Assembly: GCA_000002445.1 (NCBI GenBank)
Contig: CM000208.1
Span: 1,760,001-1,824,000, forward strand
Reading direction: 5' to 3'
DNA: 64,000 nt
Origin: Trypanosoma brucei
Taxonomy: Eukaryota
Below the pieces are notes generated by a model. It was not told where the DNA came from, searched no databases, and worked only from the letters and a program-made list of their open reading frames with translations. The translations under genes were made by a program, and so were the position numbers. Below, piece after piece: positions 1 to 11,236 of the stretch; position 1 is the stretch's first letter, and every line of letters starts with the position of its first letter.

Positions 1-249
1 AGCGATTGAGAAGCGGGGCAAACAACTTGTCTGCGCACAAGTTGAGACAAAGCCACCGCAAAGCCTGATGAGGCGCTTCGCGAGGCGTCTGCACACCCCA
101 TTGATTCTGCGCAAGACGAGGGATACGCCTGTCACTCCGCTTCGCTTCTGCAGTGCTTCCACAAATAATGCCACAAGTGAAGTTGCCCTCAATCATGGTC
201 GCAATCCACTGGATTTGGTTGATGTGCTGGGTGGTGGTGAAAGACCCCT

Positions 250-2133
250 TTGGAAAGGAATTGTGAGGCGACAGGGGCGGCCAACCTTTCCAAGGTAACA
301 TTGAGGCAGATTGTGCGGGATGTTGCGGCAACTACAGGCGCACACCACAACTCCGATCGCGGCGTTGGAAATTACGAAAATGATACTGGCATTAGCGGTA
401 GCAGCGGATTAAGTGGCGAAACGAACGCTGGTTGCGTAGAGGAGTCACCCTACAAGGTAGCAATTGCGGATCGGTACGGCATGCCCGCGGAGCTTCCCCC
501 TTCTGCACCACAGTTTTTTAAAGATCTAGCCGAGCTGTGTCCAAGTGAGACTCTGAGGCGACAGTTGCTGGAGCTTCAGCGGACTCGCAATTGGAATGAC
601 ATGACAGCCGTGCAGCGCGCGGCAATCCCTCTTGCGTTGGAGCATCGGGATATTCTTTGCATCGCACCCACCGCAACAGGCAAAACGTTCGGTTATTTGT
701 TTCCGTCTATGCTACGTTTGGCGATGTACGCCGGAACAGATGGTAGTTCGAACCTCACAGGCAGTGTTAGTGAAGACTTGAATAGACCCAACATCGAAAA
801 GCTTATGCAAGACAAAATGGAAAAAGGTGAAGTGTGTCGTTATTGTGAGTTGTCGGTGACAGAGGTGAGAGTTTGTCCCCTGACTGGGCAACCGCACCCG
901 GACCCCGTTCCAGAGGATGCAGCGAAGCAGCAGCGGTCTCCCATGTGGGTGAGTGAGCTGTCATCCGTGGCCGAGCCCCTCCTTCTTGTACTCGTTCCTA
1001 CTTCCCAACTCGTCATGCAGGTATATCATCTTTGCAAGAAGTTAGATGCAGACTTCCGCGTTAAGTTTCTCGTTCGCGCCTCCAGTGCGGAGGAGCAGAA
1101 GCGCCACCTGAACGCACTTGAGGGATGTGATGTGTTAATCACCACACCGGAGACCATGCTTCCTGCCCTGTACAAACGCAAGTTATCGCTGAAGCGAGTT
1201 AAAGTGCTTGTTTTAGATGAGGTTGACGACCTATTATCTACCAATCACTTCGAGAAAGTAAAGATCATACTTGGTGCACTTCCCAAAGGTCCGCAGCGTC
1301 CTCAGCGACTGCTCTTCGGTGCCTCGCTTCCCCCATCTGTGTACCAGATGATTAAGGAACAGATGCTTCTTCCATCTCACCGTTTCGTTTTGGTTGATGT
1401 GAAAACTGATAAGCTCGGGCACCCGATTGCTCCCGCCCCTGGTTCCATATGTGGAGCTGCGGTTTGCGCATCCATAACGCATGTTGTTTTTATGGTTTCG
1501 CAAGCAGAGAAGATCAGCAGGTTGGCTTGGCTCTACAGCAGCGGTAAGTTGCGTAAGGATCAGCGAACCCTCATATTCTGTAATTCGCGCCATAATGTGG
1601 CGTACGTGTGTGAGCGGTTGCAAAACCTTGTACCCGGTCTGCGTGTGACGACACTCACATCCCACTCGTCCGCCACGGGGAAAACAGGTACGATGAAACT
1701 GTTCAGCAGAGGTGCCTCCACTTGTCTCATATGCACGGATATTCTCAGTCGTGGCATTGACTTTGCTGATGTGATATATGTTGTCCATTATGACGTACCA
1801 ACTGAGTTCGAGACGTGGGTGCATCGCAGTGGCCGTTGCGGAAGGCGAGGGCTGCGGGGTTACTGTTACACGTTCTTCCAACCGGAGAATGTACGGTTGG
1901 CGAAGCCACTTGTAGCACATCTGCGACAAACACAGCAACTGATTCCGCCAAAACTTCAGGAATATGCGCGACAATCCCTCATCGATGTGTTTAAAACTTC
2001 TTTATTTTACCATCCGACACGCCGATATCGACCGAGGGACCCGCAGCAGCAGGCCCCTGTTCTGGGACGCGCAACACCCCGCTTCCCGGATTATAAGCAA
2101 GACAGGCTGAACAAGAACTTTAGGCCTCTTTGA
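250..2133 (+). CDS. DEAD-box-family ATP-dependent RNA helicase (DEVD variant)
   Basis: Helicase motifs read in the translation: Q-motif-like FFKDL...TAVQ, motif I APTATGKTF, motif II VLDEVDDLL (DEVD rather than DEAD), motif VI HRSGRCGRRG. The true start may be the internal ATG at 481 (MPAELPP...). A Cys-rich insert, CRYCELSVTEVRVCPLTGQPH, lies between motifs I and Ia. Confidence 0.8.
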   Translation: MERNCEATGAANLSKVTLRQIVRDVAATTGAHHNSDRGVGNYENDTGISGSSGLSGETNAGCVEESPYKVAIADRYGMPAELPPSAPQFFKDLAELCPSETLRRQLLELQRTRNWNDMTAVQRAAIPLALEHRDILCIAPTATGKTFGYLFPSMLRLAMYAGTDGSSNLTGSVSEDLNRPNIEKLMQDKMEKGEVCRYCELSVTEVRVCPLTGQPHPDPVPEDAAKQQRSPMWVSELSSVAEPLLLVLVPTSQLVMQVYHLCKKLDADFRVKFLVRASSAEEQKRHLNALEGCDVLITTPETMLPALYKRKLSLKRVKVLVLDEVDDLLSTNHFEKVKIILGALPKGPQRPQRLLFGASLPPSVYQMIKEQMLLPSHRFVLVDVKTDKLGHPIAPAPGSICGAAVCASITHVVFMVSQAEKISRLAWLYSSGKLRKDQRTLIFCNSRHNVAYVCERLQNLVPGLRVTTLTSHSSATGKTGTMKLFSRGASTCLICTDILSRGIDFADVIYVVHYDVPTEFETWVHRSGRCGRRGLRGYCYTFFQPENVRLAKPLVAHLRQTQQLIPPKLQEYARQSLIDVFKTSLFYHPTRRYRPRDPQQQAPVLGRATPRFPDYKQDRLNKNFRPL

Positions 2134-2261
2134 ACCCCTGAAAGGAGGTGAAAGTTGGCTTTCCCTACGGCTCATGTCAGTGCTTTAAAAGCCTTTGGCT
2201 TAGCTGGTTGCTCAACCCCTATTAATCACGCGATCGAGATTAATTACTGCCTTTGCACCAC

Positions 2262-2362
2262 CTTTCCCTCTCCCCTTCACCCCACAAACGCGATGTATTT
2301 TTCCCCGATATTGCGTTTATCTGTTAAATGTGTTCACCTTTCCTTTATATACTCACTACAGA
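2262..2362 (+). promoter_or_regulatory. Polypyrimidine tract and AG trans-splice acceptor region upstream of the alternative oxidase CDS
   Basis: C/T-rich run (ttccctctccccttcacccc...ttcacctttcctttatatactcactacag) ends in an AG about 120 nt upstream of the ATG at 2481. This is the typical kinetoplastid SL-addition context. Confidence 0.45.
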
Positions 2363-2480
2363 GGTAATATCTTGACACCAAGAGCAAAAAAGAAAAAAAA
2401 ACCTTTGCCATACGAAAAGAAATACAACATTAAGTGACCACAATACATCCAGACAAATTTTAAAACTACATCCTTGAGGA

Positions 2481-3470
2481 ATGTTTCGTAACCACGCATC
2501 GAGGATCACTGCCGCAGCTGCGCCTTGGGTGCTCCGGACGGCTTGCCGCCAGAAGTCTGACGCCAAAACACCTGTGTGGGGACACACTCAACTGAACCGT
2601 CTCAGTTTTTTGGAAACCGTGCCTGTCGTTCCTTTGCGTGTTTCCGATGAAAGCAGTGAGGACCGCCCCACCTGGAGCCTTCCCGATATTGAGAATGTGG
2701 CCATAACGCACAAGAAGCCAAACGGCCTCGTTGATACACTCGCCTACCGCAGCGTCCGCACCTGCCGCTGGTTATTTGACACATTCTCTCTCTACCGTTT
2801 CGGTTCCATCACGGAGAGCAAAGTCATCAGCCGCTGCCTTTTTCTTGAAACTGTTGCCGGTGTCCCGGGGATGGTCGGTGGAATGTTGCGCCACCTTTCA
2901 TCATTGCGGTACATGACGCGCGACAAGGGTTGGATTAACACTCTTCTTGTTGAAGCAGAGAATGAGCGCATGCACCTCATGACGTTCATTGAACTTCGCC
3001 AACCAGGGCTCCCCCTACGCGTTTCCATCATTATTACGCAAGCCATTATGTACCTCTTCCTCCTGGTCGCCTATGTGATTTCCCCCCGTTTTGTACACCG
3101 CTTTGTCGGTTACCTTGAAGAGGAAGCCGTCATTACATACACCGGCGTTATGAGAGCAATTGACGAAGGAAGGCTGCGCCCTACCAAAAATGATGTTCCC
3201 GAAGTGGCTCGCGTGTACTGGAACCTCAGCAAAAATGCCACATTCCGCGACCTCATCAACGTGATCCGAGCTGACGAGGCGGAGCACCGTGTCGTTAACC
3301 ACACATTTGCTGACATGCACGAAAAACGCCTGCAAAACAGTGTCAACCCCTTCGTTGTTCTGAAGAAGAACCCAGAGGAAATGTACTCCAACCAACCAAG
3401 TGGTAAGACAAGGACGGATTTTGGAAGCGAAGGCGCCAAAACTGCGAGTAATGTAAACAAACACGTGTAA
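2481..3470 (+). CDS. AOX: Mitochondrial alternative oxidase (trypanosome alternative oxidase, TAO)
   Basis: 329-aa protein with an N-terminal mitochondrial presequence (MFRNHASRITAAAAPWVLRTACRQ). It has the di-iron carboxylate motifs LVEAENERMHL and RADEAEHRVVNH, plus LETVAGVPGMV. I recognise it as T. brucei TAO from memory. Confidence 0.95.
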   Translation: MFRNHASRITAAAAPWVLRTACRQKSDAKTPVWGHTQLNRLSFLETVPVVPLRVSDESSEDRPTWSLPDIENVAITHKKPNGLVDTLAYRSVRTCRWLFDTFSLYRFGSITESKVISRCLFLETVAGVPGMVGGMLRHLSSLRYMTRDKGWINTLLVEAENERMHLMTFIELRQPGLPLRVSIIITQAIMYLFLLVAYVISPRFVHRFVGYLEEEAVITYTGVMRAIDEGRLRPTKNDVPEVARVYWNLSKNATFRDLINVIRADEAEHRVVNHTFADMHEKRLQNSVNPFVVLKKNPEEMYSNQPSGKTRTDFGSEGAKTASNVNKHV

Positions 3471-3565
3471 GAGCTGACATTACCTTTGATGGAGTTCCGC
3501 CTTTCAGAGTGATTTGAATGCATGCATTTGTGTTTCTTTTTTTTTTTGGCTCAATATTGTGTTCA

Positions 3566-3589
3566 TGTGTGTGTGTGTGTGTGTGTGTG
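3566..3589. repeat. (GT)12 microsatellite in the TAO 3' region
   Basis: Direct read: tgtgtgtgtgtgtgtgtgtgtgtg. Confidence 0.9.
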
Positions 3590-4700
3590 GTGCGTGTGGA
3601 TTGTGGGGATGGGGGCGGGGGAAATTATGAAATAATCGGCAGAGGGCAGGGTCAAATGAGAGGGAAAGAGGAATATATAAATATATATTTATTTATATTT
3701 ATATTTCTACTCGCTTATTTGTGCTTGGATGCCATCAGTGAAAATTATATGCGTCCTCGAACTCACCGGATGTAAGGAAGCGCGCAGGTTTACTCACGTT
3801 ACAGTGAAAATGTGTAACGCAAGAAAAAACAAAAAGGCTTGTGAGCAAAAAAGAGGAGGAAGGAGGAGAAGGTTAAAAAGAGGAGAGATGCAAAAAAAAA
3901 AAAGGTGAAACAGGAGCAAGAAAAGGTACAGATGTTCAAACAGAGGCAACAAAAAGAGAGACACAAAGTCATAAAATATATTTAGTGATCTATTGAAAGT
4001 GATTTGAGATATTTCAAAAAAAAAAATAAGTGACAACGATGGGAACAATTTTTAATATTAAAAAGAAAAGGGGAAAAAACTATTTTTCCCAACGTGGATT
4101 TTTTTTGTTTTTTCTCCCCTTTTCTTTTCCCACGTCTTTATCCTCTATCCCGTTGGCTGCTTTCCTTTTTTTGTTGTTGTTTTTTTTTTACTGTTTGTTT
4201 TTTGTTCCGTCCATTATTGATCGATTACTGAAGTTTTCGTATCATATGAAATATTTGCTTCTGTTTTGTTGTATAAATAAATATAAATTATTTTTCTTTT
4301 AATCTCTCTTTCCTACTCCTCTTTCATTTGACCTCGCTGTTTTGCCGTCATTTGCTTCCGGTTTTGTTTGGGATGTTTTATGTTAAGTTGTGTTGTGTTA
4401 TATTTTCCTCCTCGACATTATGCGAGAGGGAGAAATGACGGAGTGAAAGAAAGGGGGGAAAAAATGAAAAATAAAAATAAAAAAAAGATGGAACGGTACG
4501 GTGCCCCCAATGAAACCGATATGATTAAATGAGTGAACTGAAAGATTTGGTTTGTATTTTGTTGTGTTATGTTGTGTTATGTGGCGATGCCTTCCCCTGT
4601 GGAGGAGCAACAATAAAAGCAGTGCCTTGGGAATAATAAAAAGAAGAGAGAGAGAGAGAAGAGTAATGTGAAGGGCTGCACAAACATAGTTTTTTTTTCC

Positions 4701-4719
4701 CACACACACACACACACAC
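4701..4719. repeat. (CA)n microsatellite
   Basis: Direct read: cacacacacacacacacac, flanked by a poly-T run. Confidence 0.85.
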
Positions 4720-7380
4720 GCACACTTTGGTTTGTTTCGTTTTGTGTTCTTTATTGTGTGCATGAGACTGTCATTAAAAAGAAAAAGAAATAAAAAGAGA
4801 GAAAACATAAAAGAATACGAAATGACGGTGACTTCATACAAGCGTATACGCATGAATATAATAAATATATTTAAATCATGGGTATATGTATTTATATTTA
4901 TATTTGTATGAAGTTGCTAGTGTTCGTGTGCATGTGTTTGGGTGGTGGGGAGAAGCAAGTGACTGAAATGAAAAAAAAAGGAAAGAGGTTATAAAAACAA
5001 TTATGATAATAATAATATACGCGTTGCTTTAGAAATACAGAATGTTTTTTTTTAAAAAAAAATAAATAAAACAGTGGACGGGAAGTGAGATATGTTTTCC
5101 TTTGTTACTATAACAAAACAACAACAACAATAATAATAATAACAATAGCAGTAACGGTAACGATAACGATAATTATAAGAGTAATTTAGAAAGTAAAAGC
5201 AACAAATATTTAATTATTCATTTATGTGGTAGAGAAAGAGAGAGAGAGAGTAAAAGGGGAAAAGGTAGGAATAGGAATAACATTGTTTGTGTTTGTGCTT
5301 TTTTTTCTTTTTTTTCTTTTTTTTCATGTGTGTGTGTTGGGGGGGGGGAACTTCTTTAATTCAACCACTTGTACAACAAAACTTCCAGTAATCGAAGGGT
5401 AAAATCAAATGAGAAGCGGGGGAAAATGTTTTTTTTTGTTTGTTTGTTTGTTTAATGAAAGGAGAAGTATATATGTATATTTATATATACGAATATGTGC
5501 ATCTTTTAAATATTTTAGGTCATCTTCAATATCCTTTCTTCTTTTTTTTTGTGTGTGTGAGAGAGGGAGAGAGAGATTTTTTTTTGTTCGCTTTGTGGCT
5601 CTGACGTGTTCGGCAATCCCATTAGAGAAAAGAAAAAGTTTAGGTATTTTTTTTTATTTAAAAAAAAAAAAGCGTCGTAAGATTTGCGGTCCCCGTATGC
5701 ACATGGCGGTTGCATCTCGTATGTTTTCTCCATTTTTTTTCTTTTTTATTCAGTTATCAACAGTTTCCTTTCTATCTTTTTTTTCTTTTTTTTCTTTATT
5801 ATAATAATTATTGTTCCTTTTCTTTTCATTTTACCTTTTTCTTTTCTGTTTTTGTGTCGTTTATGCTGTTAAAAGAAAAAAAAATGAAAGAAGGGAAAAA
5901 ATAAAAGGAGTGAAGGAGGGACGGACTGGCGGGTGGGAAAAGAAAAGAAAAGAAAAAAACAAAAAAAAGGAAAAGGAAAAAGGAATATATTTTACGATTC
6001 GAAGCAGCCAAAATGAAGTTGTGGTCAGTTAGACGGGGTGAAAGTTTTTTTTTAATTCTTTTCTTTTTCCACTGTTTTTACTCCCTTTCCCCCTTTTCTC
6101 TCCCGTCCTTATCATTATTATTATCATCATCATCCGCTTTGTTTTGTTATATTTTATTCATTTTTCATTTATATCCTTCAGATTCTTCTTTTGGTTGTTG
6201 TAATGACGATGGGTCTGTAGTTGTTTTTTTTTGTTTTTTTTGTCCCAAACTTTAACCAACCTTAAGTTTGAGGATCATTCAAAACGCATCAACTGGTGGA
6301 AAATACGGGGAAAGGGTTAATGGGCGAGAAAAAGAAAAAAATGAAACAACAGCAACAAATAAAAAAAGAGAGAGAGAACAAAAAAAAAAAAAAATATATA
6401 TATATATAAGAGAAACGGAAGGACAAAGTTGATAGTTATGATGTTTTTAAAAAAAAAAGAAAAGTTAACTTTCCTCCGTTTATTTCATATTTACACAAAT
6501 GACCATTATGCACCAGTTATACAGCATCAGAAAGAGAAAAGGGGAAAGGAAATAAATAAGGAAGGGAGGTACTCATGTCTGTTTTATGTTTTGTGCATTT
6601 GTATGTATGACTGTGCGTAGTTGCACACATTTTCTTCCTCCTTTCTTTCTTTTTATTTATTTGTTTGTTTCTTTCTTTCTCATCATTTGAATGGTGGTAA
6701 GAAGGTTATATGGGGGAGGAAAACAAAAAAATATATTTATATCTACATCCATACCTATATTTATTAAATTCCACATGCAGACACATATGTATATATAAAA
6801 ATGAGAGTGTTTAGAGACGGCGCATTTGTCACTGATCTCTCACGCTCTGATTTGAGATATGTTTTGCTTTTCATCTTCTCGCCTCTTCGTCCTTCTTTTC
6901 CTTGTTTTGTCTCTATCTTCTATCTTAATATCATTGTTTTTTTGTTTTTTTTTTAGAAATGAAGCCTTCAAAACAAAACAAAAAGCAATGATTATGTTAT
7001 GTTCTAACTTAGTTTCATTTAGATGAATATACGCGACATGTTCACAACGCATGGAAAAGTTGCTGAAGTAAACAGCATGGAAATCATGTGTATAATCGCG
7101 GAGGCGAAGTTGCGCGGAGGGAACAAGGGAAATGCATTGAATTAATATTATAAAAGCAACAGGAGATGTAAAAATATTTAAAAAAAAAAAGAAACAAAGT
7201 CACCAGTGAAATGGTTCTGATGCATGACGTTAAGGTGGATTTCATCACTCACAGGCTGTGTTAGTTTGTGTTATTTATCTTTAGATTTCAGGAATTATTT
7301 TCACTGAGAAGTCGAGTAAAATGAATGAATGACTTAATGAAAAGAGCTGGACTTCAATTCTCCCTCCAACCCTTAATGTT

Positions 7381-7460
7381 TTCAGTACTATTTCCTTTCG
7401 TTCTCTTCCTGCTGCTGCTATGCCCTTTTTTTTTAATTTTCTTGAACCTTCGTTTTGGAT
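7381..7460 (+). promoter_or_regulatory. Polypyrimidine tract upstream of the desaturase CDS
   Basis: ttcagtactatttcctttcgttctcttcctgctgctgctatgcccttttttttaattttcttgaacc precedes the ATG at 7595 by about 150 nt. Confidence 0.4.
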
Positions 7461-7594
7461 CAATCTATTTAAGCGAAAGACTTTCTCTAAGGTGGGACGC
7501 GTTTCCTATAAAAAGAAATAAAATTAACGAAAATAAAAAGAAGGAGGGTTGCGTGGTCTAAAGGTTCAGAAAAGGGGAAATTAAGGCATAGCAA

Positions 7595-8860
7595 ATGAGT
7601 TCGGTAAAGAGTAAAGGTTCAAGTTGTTCCACAGCTGATGTTGTGCGCATCGATGGAATATATTACGATACGGCAAAACTTGCAGCAATTCATTGCGGTG
7701 GCCCAACGATGGTAAATATGGCAAATGGTACGGATTGCACACGTGTATTCCTCAGCTACCACCGTCGTCGGTTTCCCCACGAAAAATACAAGTCGCTGCA
7801 GGTTTCACCTTCGGATGTGTTGGATGGTGCGGTCACCGATGAACCCGACACTACAAACTTTGATAAATATTTGGACTTGTGCTCACTGATACGTCCCGTC
7901 ATTGCCCCGACTGGAGGCTTTGCACCATGGCATTATTTCATCAAGACGTTATTTTGGTGCAGTCTTGTTTTCTTCTTGGATATTTATGCCATATTTGCCT
8001 TTAGGTCCTTATACCTCACTATCATCCAATCATTAGCCATGGCAATGGTGGGACTTAATGTGCAGCATGATGCCAATCACGGCGCTATTAGCCGCTACCC
8101 GCTCATTAACACAATTTTTGGACTCACTCAAGACATATTGGGTGGAAGCCGCATCAGTTGGATCATTCATCATGATTTCATTCATCACGTGTACACAAAC
8201 GAACCTCATCATGACTTGGATCTGGATATTCCCTTATTGAGACTTCATCGCTTCGTTCCCAAGCGGCTGTGTTATGCATTTCAGCATATTTATTTTCTTC
8301 TTCTAGAGGCCGTGTTTGGGCCTGTTCATGTTATATCCAGCATGAAATTTGTTTGGCAGGGTCCCACTACGAAACAGCGGTTCCTGCAGCGAGAGTGGAC
8401 AATGAGCCGAATTTTGACACTTATTCCACCACTGCGTCTTGCCCTTAACATTCTTCACGCGCCAACGCTCCTCCATGCATTAATCTCGACATTCCTGCAA
8501 TATGCAATTGGCGGAATGTACCTCGCTTTCTTTTTCCTCATTTCCCACAACTTCCATGGAGTGAGGAAAGACGGAACTGAGGTGGGGGAGTGTTTTGTGA
8601 AGGCGCAAGTGGAAACAAGTAGTAGTGTTGGTGGTTGGTGGCTGGCACAGCTTAATGGTGGGCTAAACTACCAAATAGAACATCATTTATTCCCCCGTGT
8701 GCACCATAGTTATTACCACTACCTTGCTCCTATTGTGCGGGATTACTGTACGAAACTCGGTATTTCGTACACACGCTTCGATACCGTGTTGGATAACGTC
8801 GTGAGCACCTCTAAACACCTCGCCCAGTTCGGAAAAGGCATAGAAGACAAACGGTTGTGA
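7595..8860 (+). CDS. Membrane fatty-acid front-end desaturase (delta-4/5/6 family) with degenerate N-terminal cytochrome-b5-like region
   Basis: Three histidine boxes: HDANHG, HHDFIHH and QIEHHLFP. The last is the QxxHH variant typical of front-end desaturases. There are multiple hydrophobic spans. The N-terminus shows IHCGGPTM where cytochrome b5 has HPGG. Confidence 0.85.
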   Translation: MSSVKSKGSSCSTADVVRIDGIYYDTAKLAAIHCGGPTMVNMANGTDCTRVFLSYHRRRFPHEKYKSLQVSPSDVLDGAVTDEPDTTNFDKYLDLCSLIRPVIAPTGGFAPWHYFIKTLFWCSLVFFLDIYAIFAFRSLYLTIIQSLAMAMVGLNVQHDANHGAISRYPLINTIFGLTQDILGGSRISWIIHHDFIHHVYTNEPHHDLDLDIPLLRLHRFVPKRLCYAFQHIYFLLLEAVFGPVHVISSMKFVWQGPTTKQRFLQREWTMSRILTLIPPLRLALNILHAPTLLHALISTFLQYAIGGMYLAFFFLISHNFHGVRKDGTEVGECFVKAQVETSSSVGGWWLAQLNGGLNYQIEHHLFPRVHHSYYHYLAPIVRDYCTKLGISYTRFDTVLDNVVSTSKHLAQFGKGIEDKRL

Positions 8861-9637
8861 TTACTGGTGAGCTAACTCTCAGAGCTTTAAGGAATGTAAC
8901 ACATAACACGAACTTAACTTAAATTAACCTTTTGTTTGAATAAAACAGTTGCTTGCCCACATTGCCGAATGGCTGTTGTGGACAAGTGACGACACGAAAT
9001 GGAAGTTGAAGCGTGTCACAAAATAAACTAGAGGGGGTGACGGGAGGCGTAAAAACATCTTTCGTACCACTGAACGGAGCGCCGTTGGCGTTGTGTACAT
9101 TGCATTTTCCACTGGTAATTATGTGCTTCAGCTCTTTTAAACATACATGTGGACGACATGAGGGAATGTTTTCTTGGCTTTTTTTTTTCCTTTTACTATT
9201 TACTGCTGCAGTTATTATTATTATTTTTTTTTTTTATGTAATCGGTTCTGTGCGGGTATGCTGTTTTGTTGGCTAAATTTTTGTATTACCTCATGCCATG
9301 TGTTTGTGAGTTTGTCCTGTTAGCAACCCTCTTCACCCACTTGTACACTTCCCGCTACTTTCTGTTTAAAATGTGTTGATATCCATTCTTCATTTCCTTT
9401 CACTTAATTTATGTGTACGCATTTAGCAGCATCAGCTCCGTATCGAAGGCTCCATCTTGGCTTGCTCTACACCTTAAGCGGGAGGGAGAAAGAAATAATA
9501 ATAATAATAATAGTAACTAATTTTTTTTTTAAAAAAAAAGAGGAAACGAATAGCCAAAGAACGAGAGATCGACTATCGCTAGAGGGGAATAAAAATAAAA
9601 AGTGAAAGCGAAAGGAGAGGAGAGTTCCTGAAGATTC

Positions 9638-11236
9638 GTGTTGTGGTACATGCCAGCCGTCCGTACGAAAAGTGGCCATGGCGTGGAGTACACAGACGAA
9701 GCCATCACCGCAACGTATAGTTACAACACAACACGTGTGGAGAAGGAAGCAAATGGTGATGTGACTGTACAACCAATCCAACTCCACCTGAAGTTCCGCA
9801 CCCAACGCAAAGTACAACGCACAGGTGTTATGTTAATTGGATGGGGTGGAAACAATGGCACCACCGTGACGGCCGCTCTTATGGCTCATAAACACGGAGT
9901 CTCGTGGCGCACCAAAACTGGAACGAAACAACCGGATTATCTCGGCTCCATCACGCAGTCAAGCACGATGAGCGTAGGTCTTACAAGTGAAATGGAGGAG
10001 GTCTTCGTGCCCATGAAGGCTCTGGTACCAATGATAAATCCAGCCGAACTCGTAATTGGCGGTTGGGACTGCAGTGGTATGAATATTGCTGATGCCATGC
10101 GTCGGGCACAAGTTCTAGATGTCACGCTACAAGATGCCTTGTACAACTATTTGAAGGATATGCATCCGCTTCCCGCTGCATTCGACCTCGACTTTGTCGC
10201 GGAGAATCAACTCAGTCGTGCGGATAACATCATGCAGACAAAGAATAAGTGGGAGTCGGTGGAGCAGCTGCGGGCGGATATCCGCAACTTCAGGGAAAAG
10301 AATTCTCTTGAAGAAGTTATCGTACTTTGGACAGCGAACACCGAACGCTTCTCAGAGCATATCACCGGGGTTCATGACACTGCTGATCATTTGATCGATG
10401 CCATACGGCGGAATGAGAATGAAATTGCCCCTTCCGTACTGTATGCAACAGCAGCTATTATGGAAGGCTGCAGTTATATCAACGGAGCTCCACAAAATAC
10501 CTTATGTACTGGCCTTATAGAGCTTGCCCGTAGGCATGGTGTGTTTGTTGTTGGGGATGACTTTAAAAGTGGTCAAACAAAGGTGAAAAGTGGCCTGGTG
10601 GAGTTCTTCATGGATGCCGGTATTAAACCCGAGTGCATAGCCAGCTACAACCATCTTGGCAATAATGACGGATATAACTTGGCAGCCCCAAAGCAGTTTC
10701 GTTCGAAGGAGGTTACGAAAGGCGGTGTGCTGGACGATATGGTATCGTCAAACAGTATTCTTTACCCACCAGGAAGCCGAGGCCCTGATCACTGCATTGT
10801 TATTAAGTACCTCCCGTATGTGGGTGACAGCAAACGTGCATTGGATGAGTACAACTTCTCAATATTTATGGGAGGTGAACAAACAGTGGTGCTCCATAAC
10901 ACATGCCAGGACTCGTTGCTGGCTGCACCACTTATCATTGATTTGGTTGTGCTAACTGAGTTGATGCACCGTGTCACCGTGACGCAATGCGATGGGGAAG
11001 GTTGTTGTGACAAGAAGGAAAAAATGACATCATATACGCATATGGAAACGGTGCTTTCACTTTTATCTTACTTGCTGAAGGCTCCACGTGTGCCGGAGGG
11101 AACACCTGTGGTGAATGGACTAAATCGACAGGGGCAAGCCATTAAGAATGTATTGCGTGCACTCGTTGGACTTCCACCGGATAACAATATGCAACTGGAA
11201 TGCCGACTGCCTTTCCTTCGCGGCGTGGGAAGTTGA
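9638..11236 (+). CDS. INO1: myo-Inositol-3-phosphate synthase
   Basis: Conserved MIPS blocks: MLIGWGGNNGTT (NAD-binding GWGGNNG), NGAPQNT, SYNHLGNNDG, and LAAPLIIDLVVLTEL near the C-terminus. The start may be the ATG at 9650 (MPAVRT...). Confidence 0.92.
   Translation: MLWYMPAVRTKSGHGVEYTDEAITATYSYNTTRVEKEANGDVTVQPIQLHLKFRTQRKVQRTGVMLIGWGGNNGTTVTAALMAHKHGVSWRTKTGTKQPDYLGSITQSSTMSVGLTSEMEEVFVPMKALVPMINPAELVIGGWDCSGMNIADAMRRAQVLDVTLQDALYNYLKDMHPLPAAFDLDFVAENQLSRADNIMQTKNKWESVEQLRADIRNFREKNSLEEVIVLWTANTERFSEHITGVHDTADHLIDAIRRNENEIAPSVLYATAAIMEGCSYINGAPQNTLCTGLIELARRHGVFVVGDDFKSGQTKVKSGLVEFFMDAGIKPECIASYNHLGNNDGYNLAAPKQFRSKEVTKGGVLDDMVSSNSILYPPGSRGPDHCIVIKYLPYVGDSKRALDEYNFSIFMGGEQTVVLHNTCQDSLLAAPLIIDLVVLTELMHRVTVTQCDGEGCCDKKEKMTSYTHMETVLSLLSYLLKAPRVPEGTPVVNGLNRQGQAIKNVLRALVGLPPDNNMQLECRLPFLRGVGS

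Noticed and set aside
3015-3523. Antisense ORFs (149 aa and 137 aa) inside the alternative oxidase gene
   Set aside because: They sit opposite a well-recognised conserved CDS and against the polycistronic direction. GC-rich coding sequence commonly yields such shadow ORFs.
3794-6255. Multiple 60-150-aa ORFs encoding poly-F/L/K peptides in the TAO-desaturase interval
   Set aside because: They translate poly-T, poly-A and microsatellite DNA. Low complexity, both strands, no coding periodicity.
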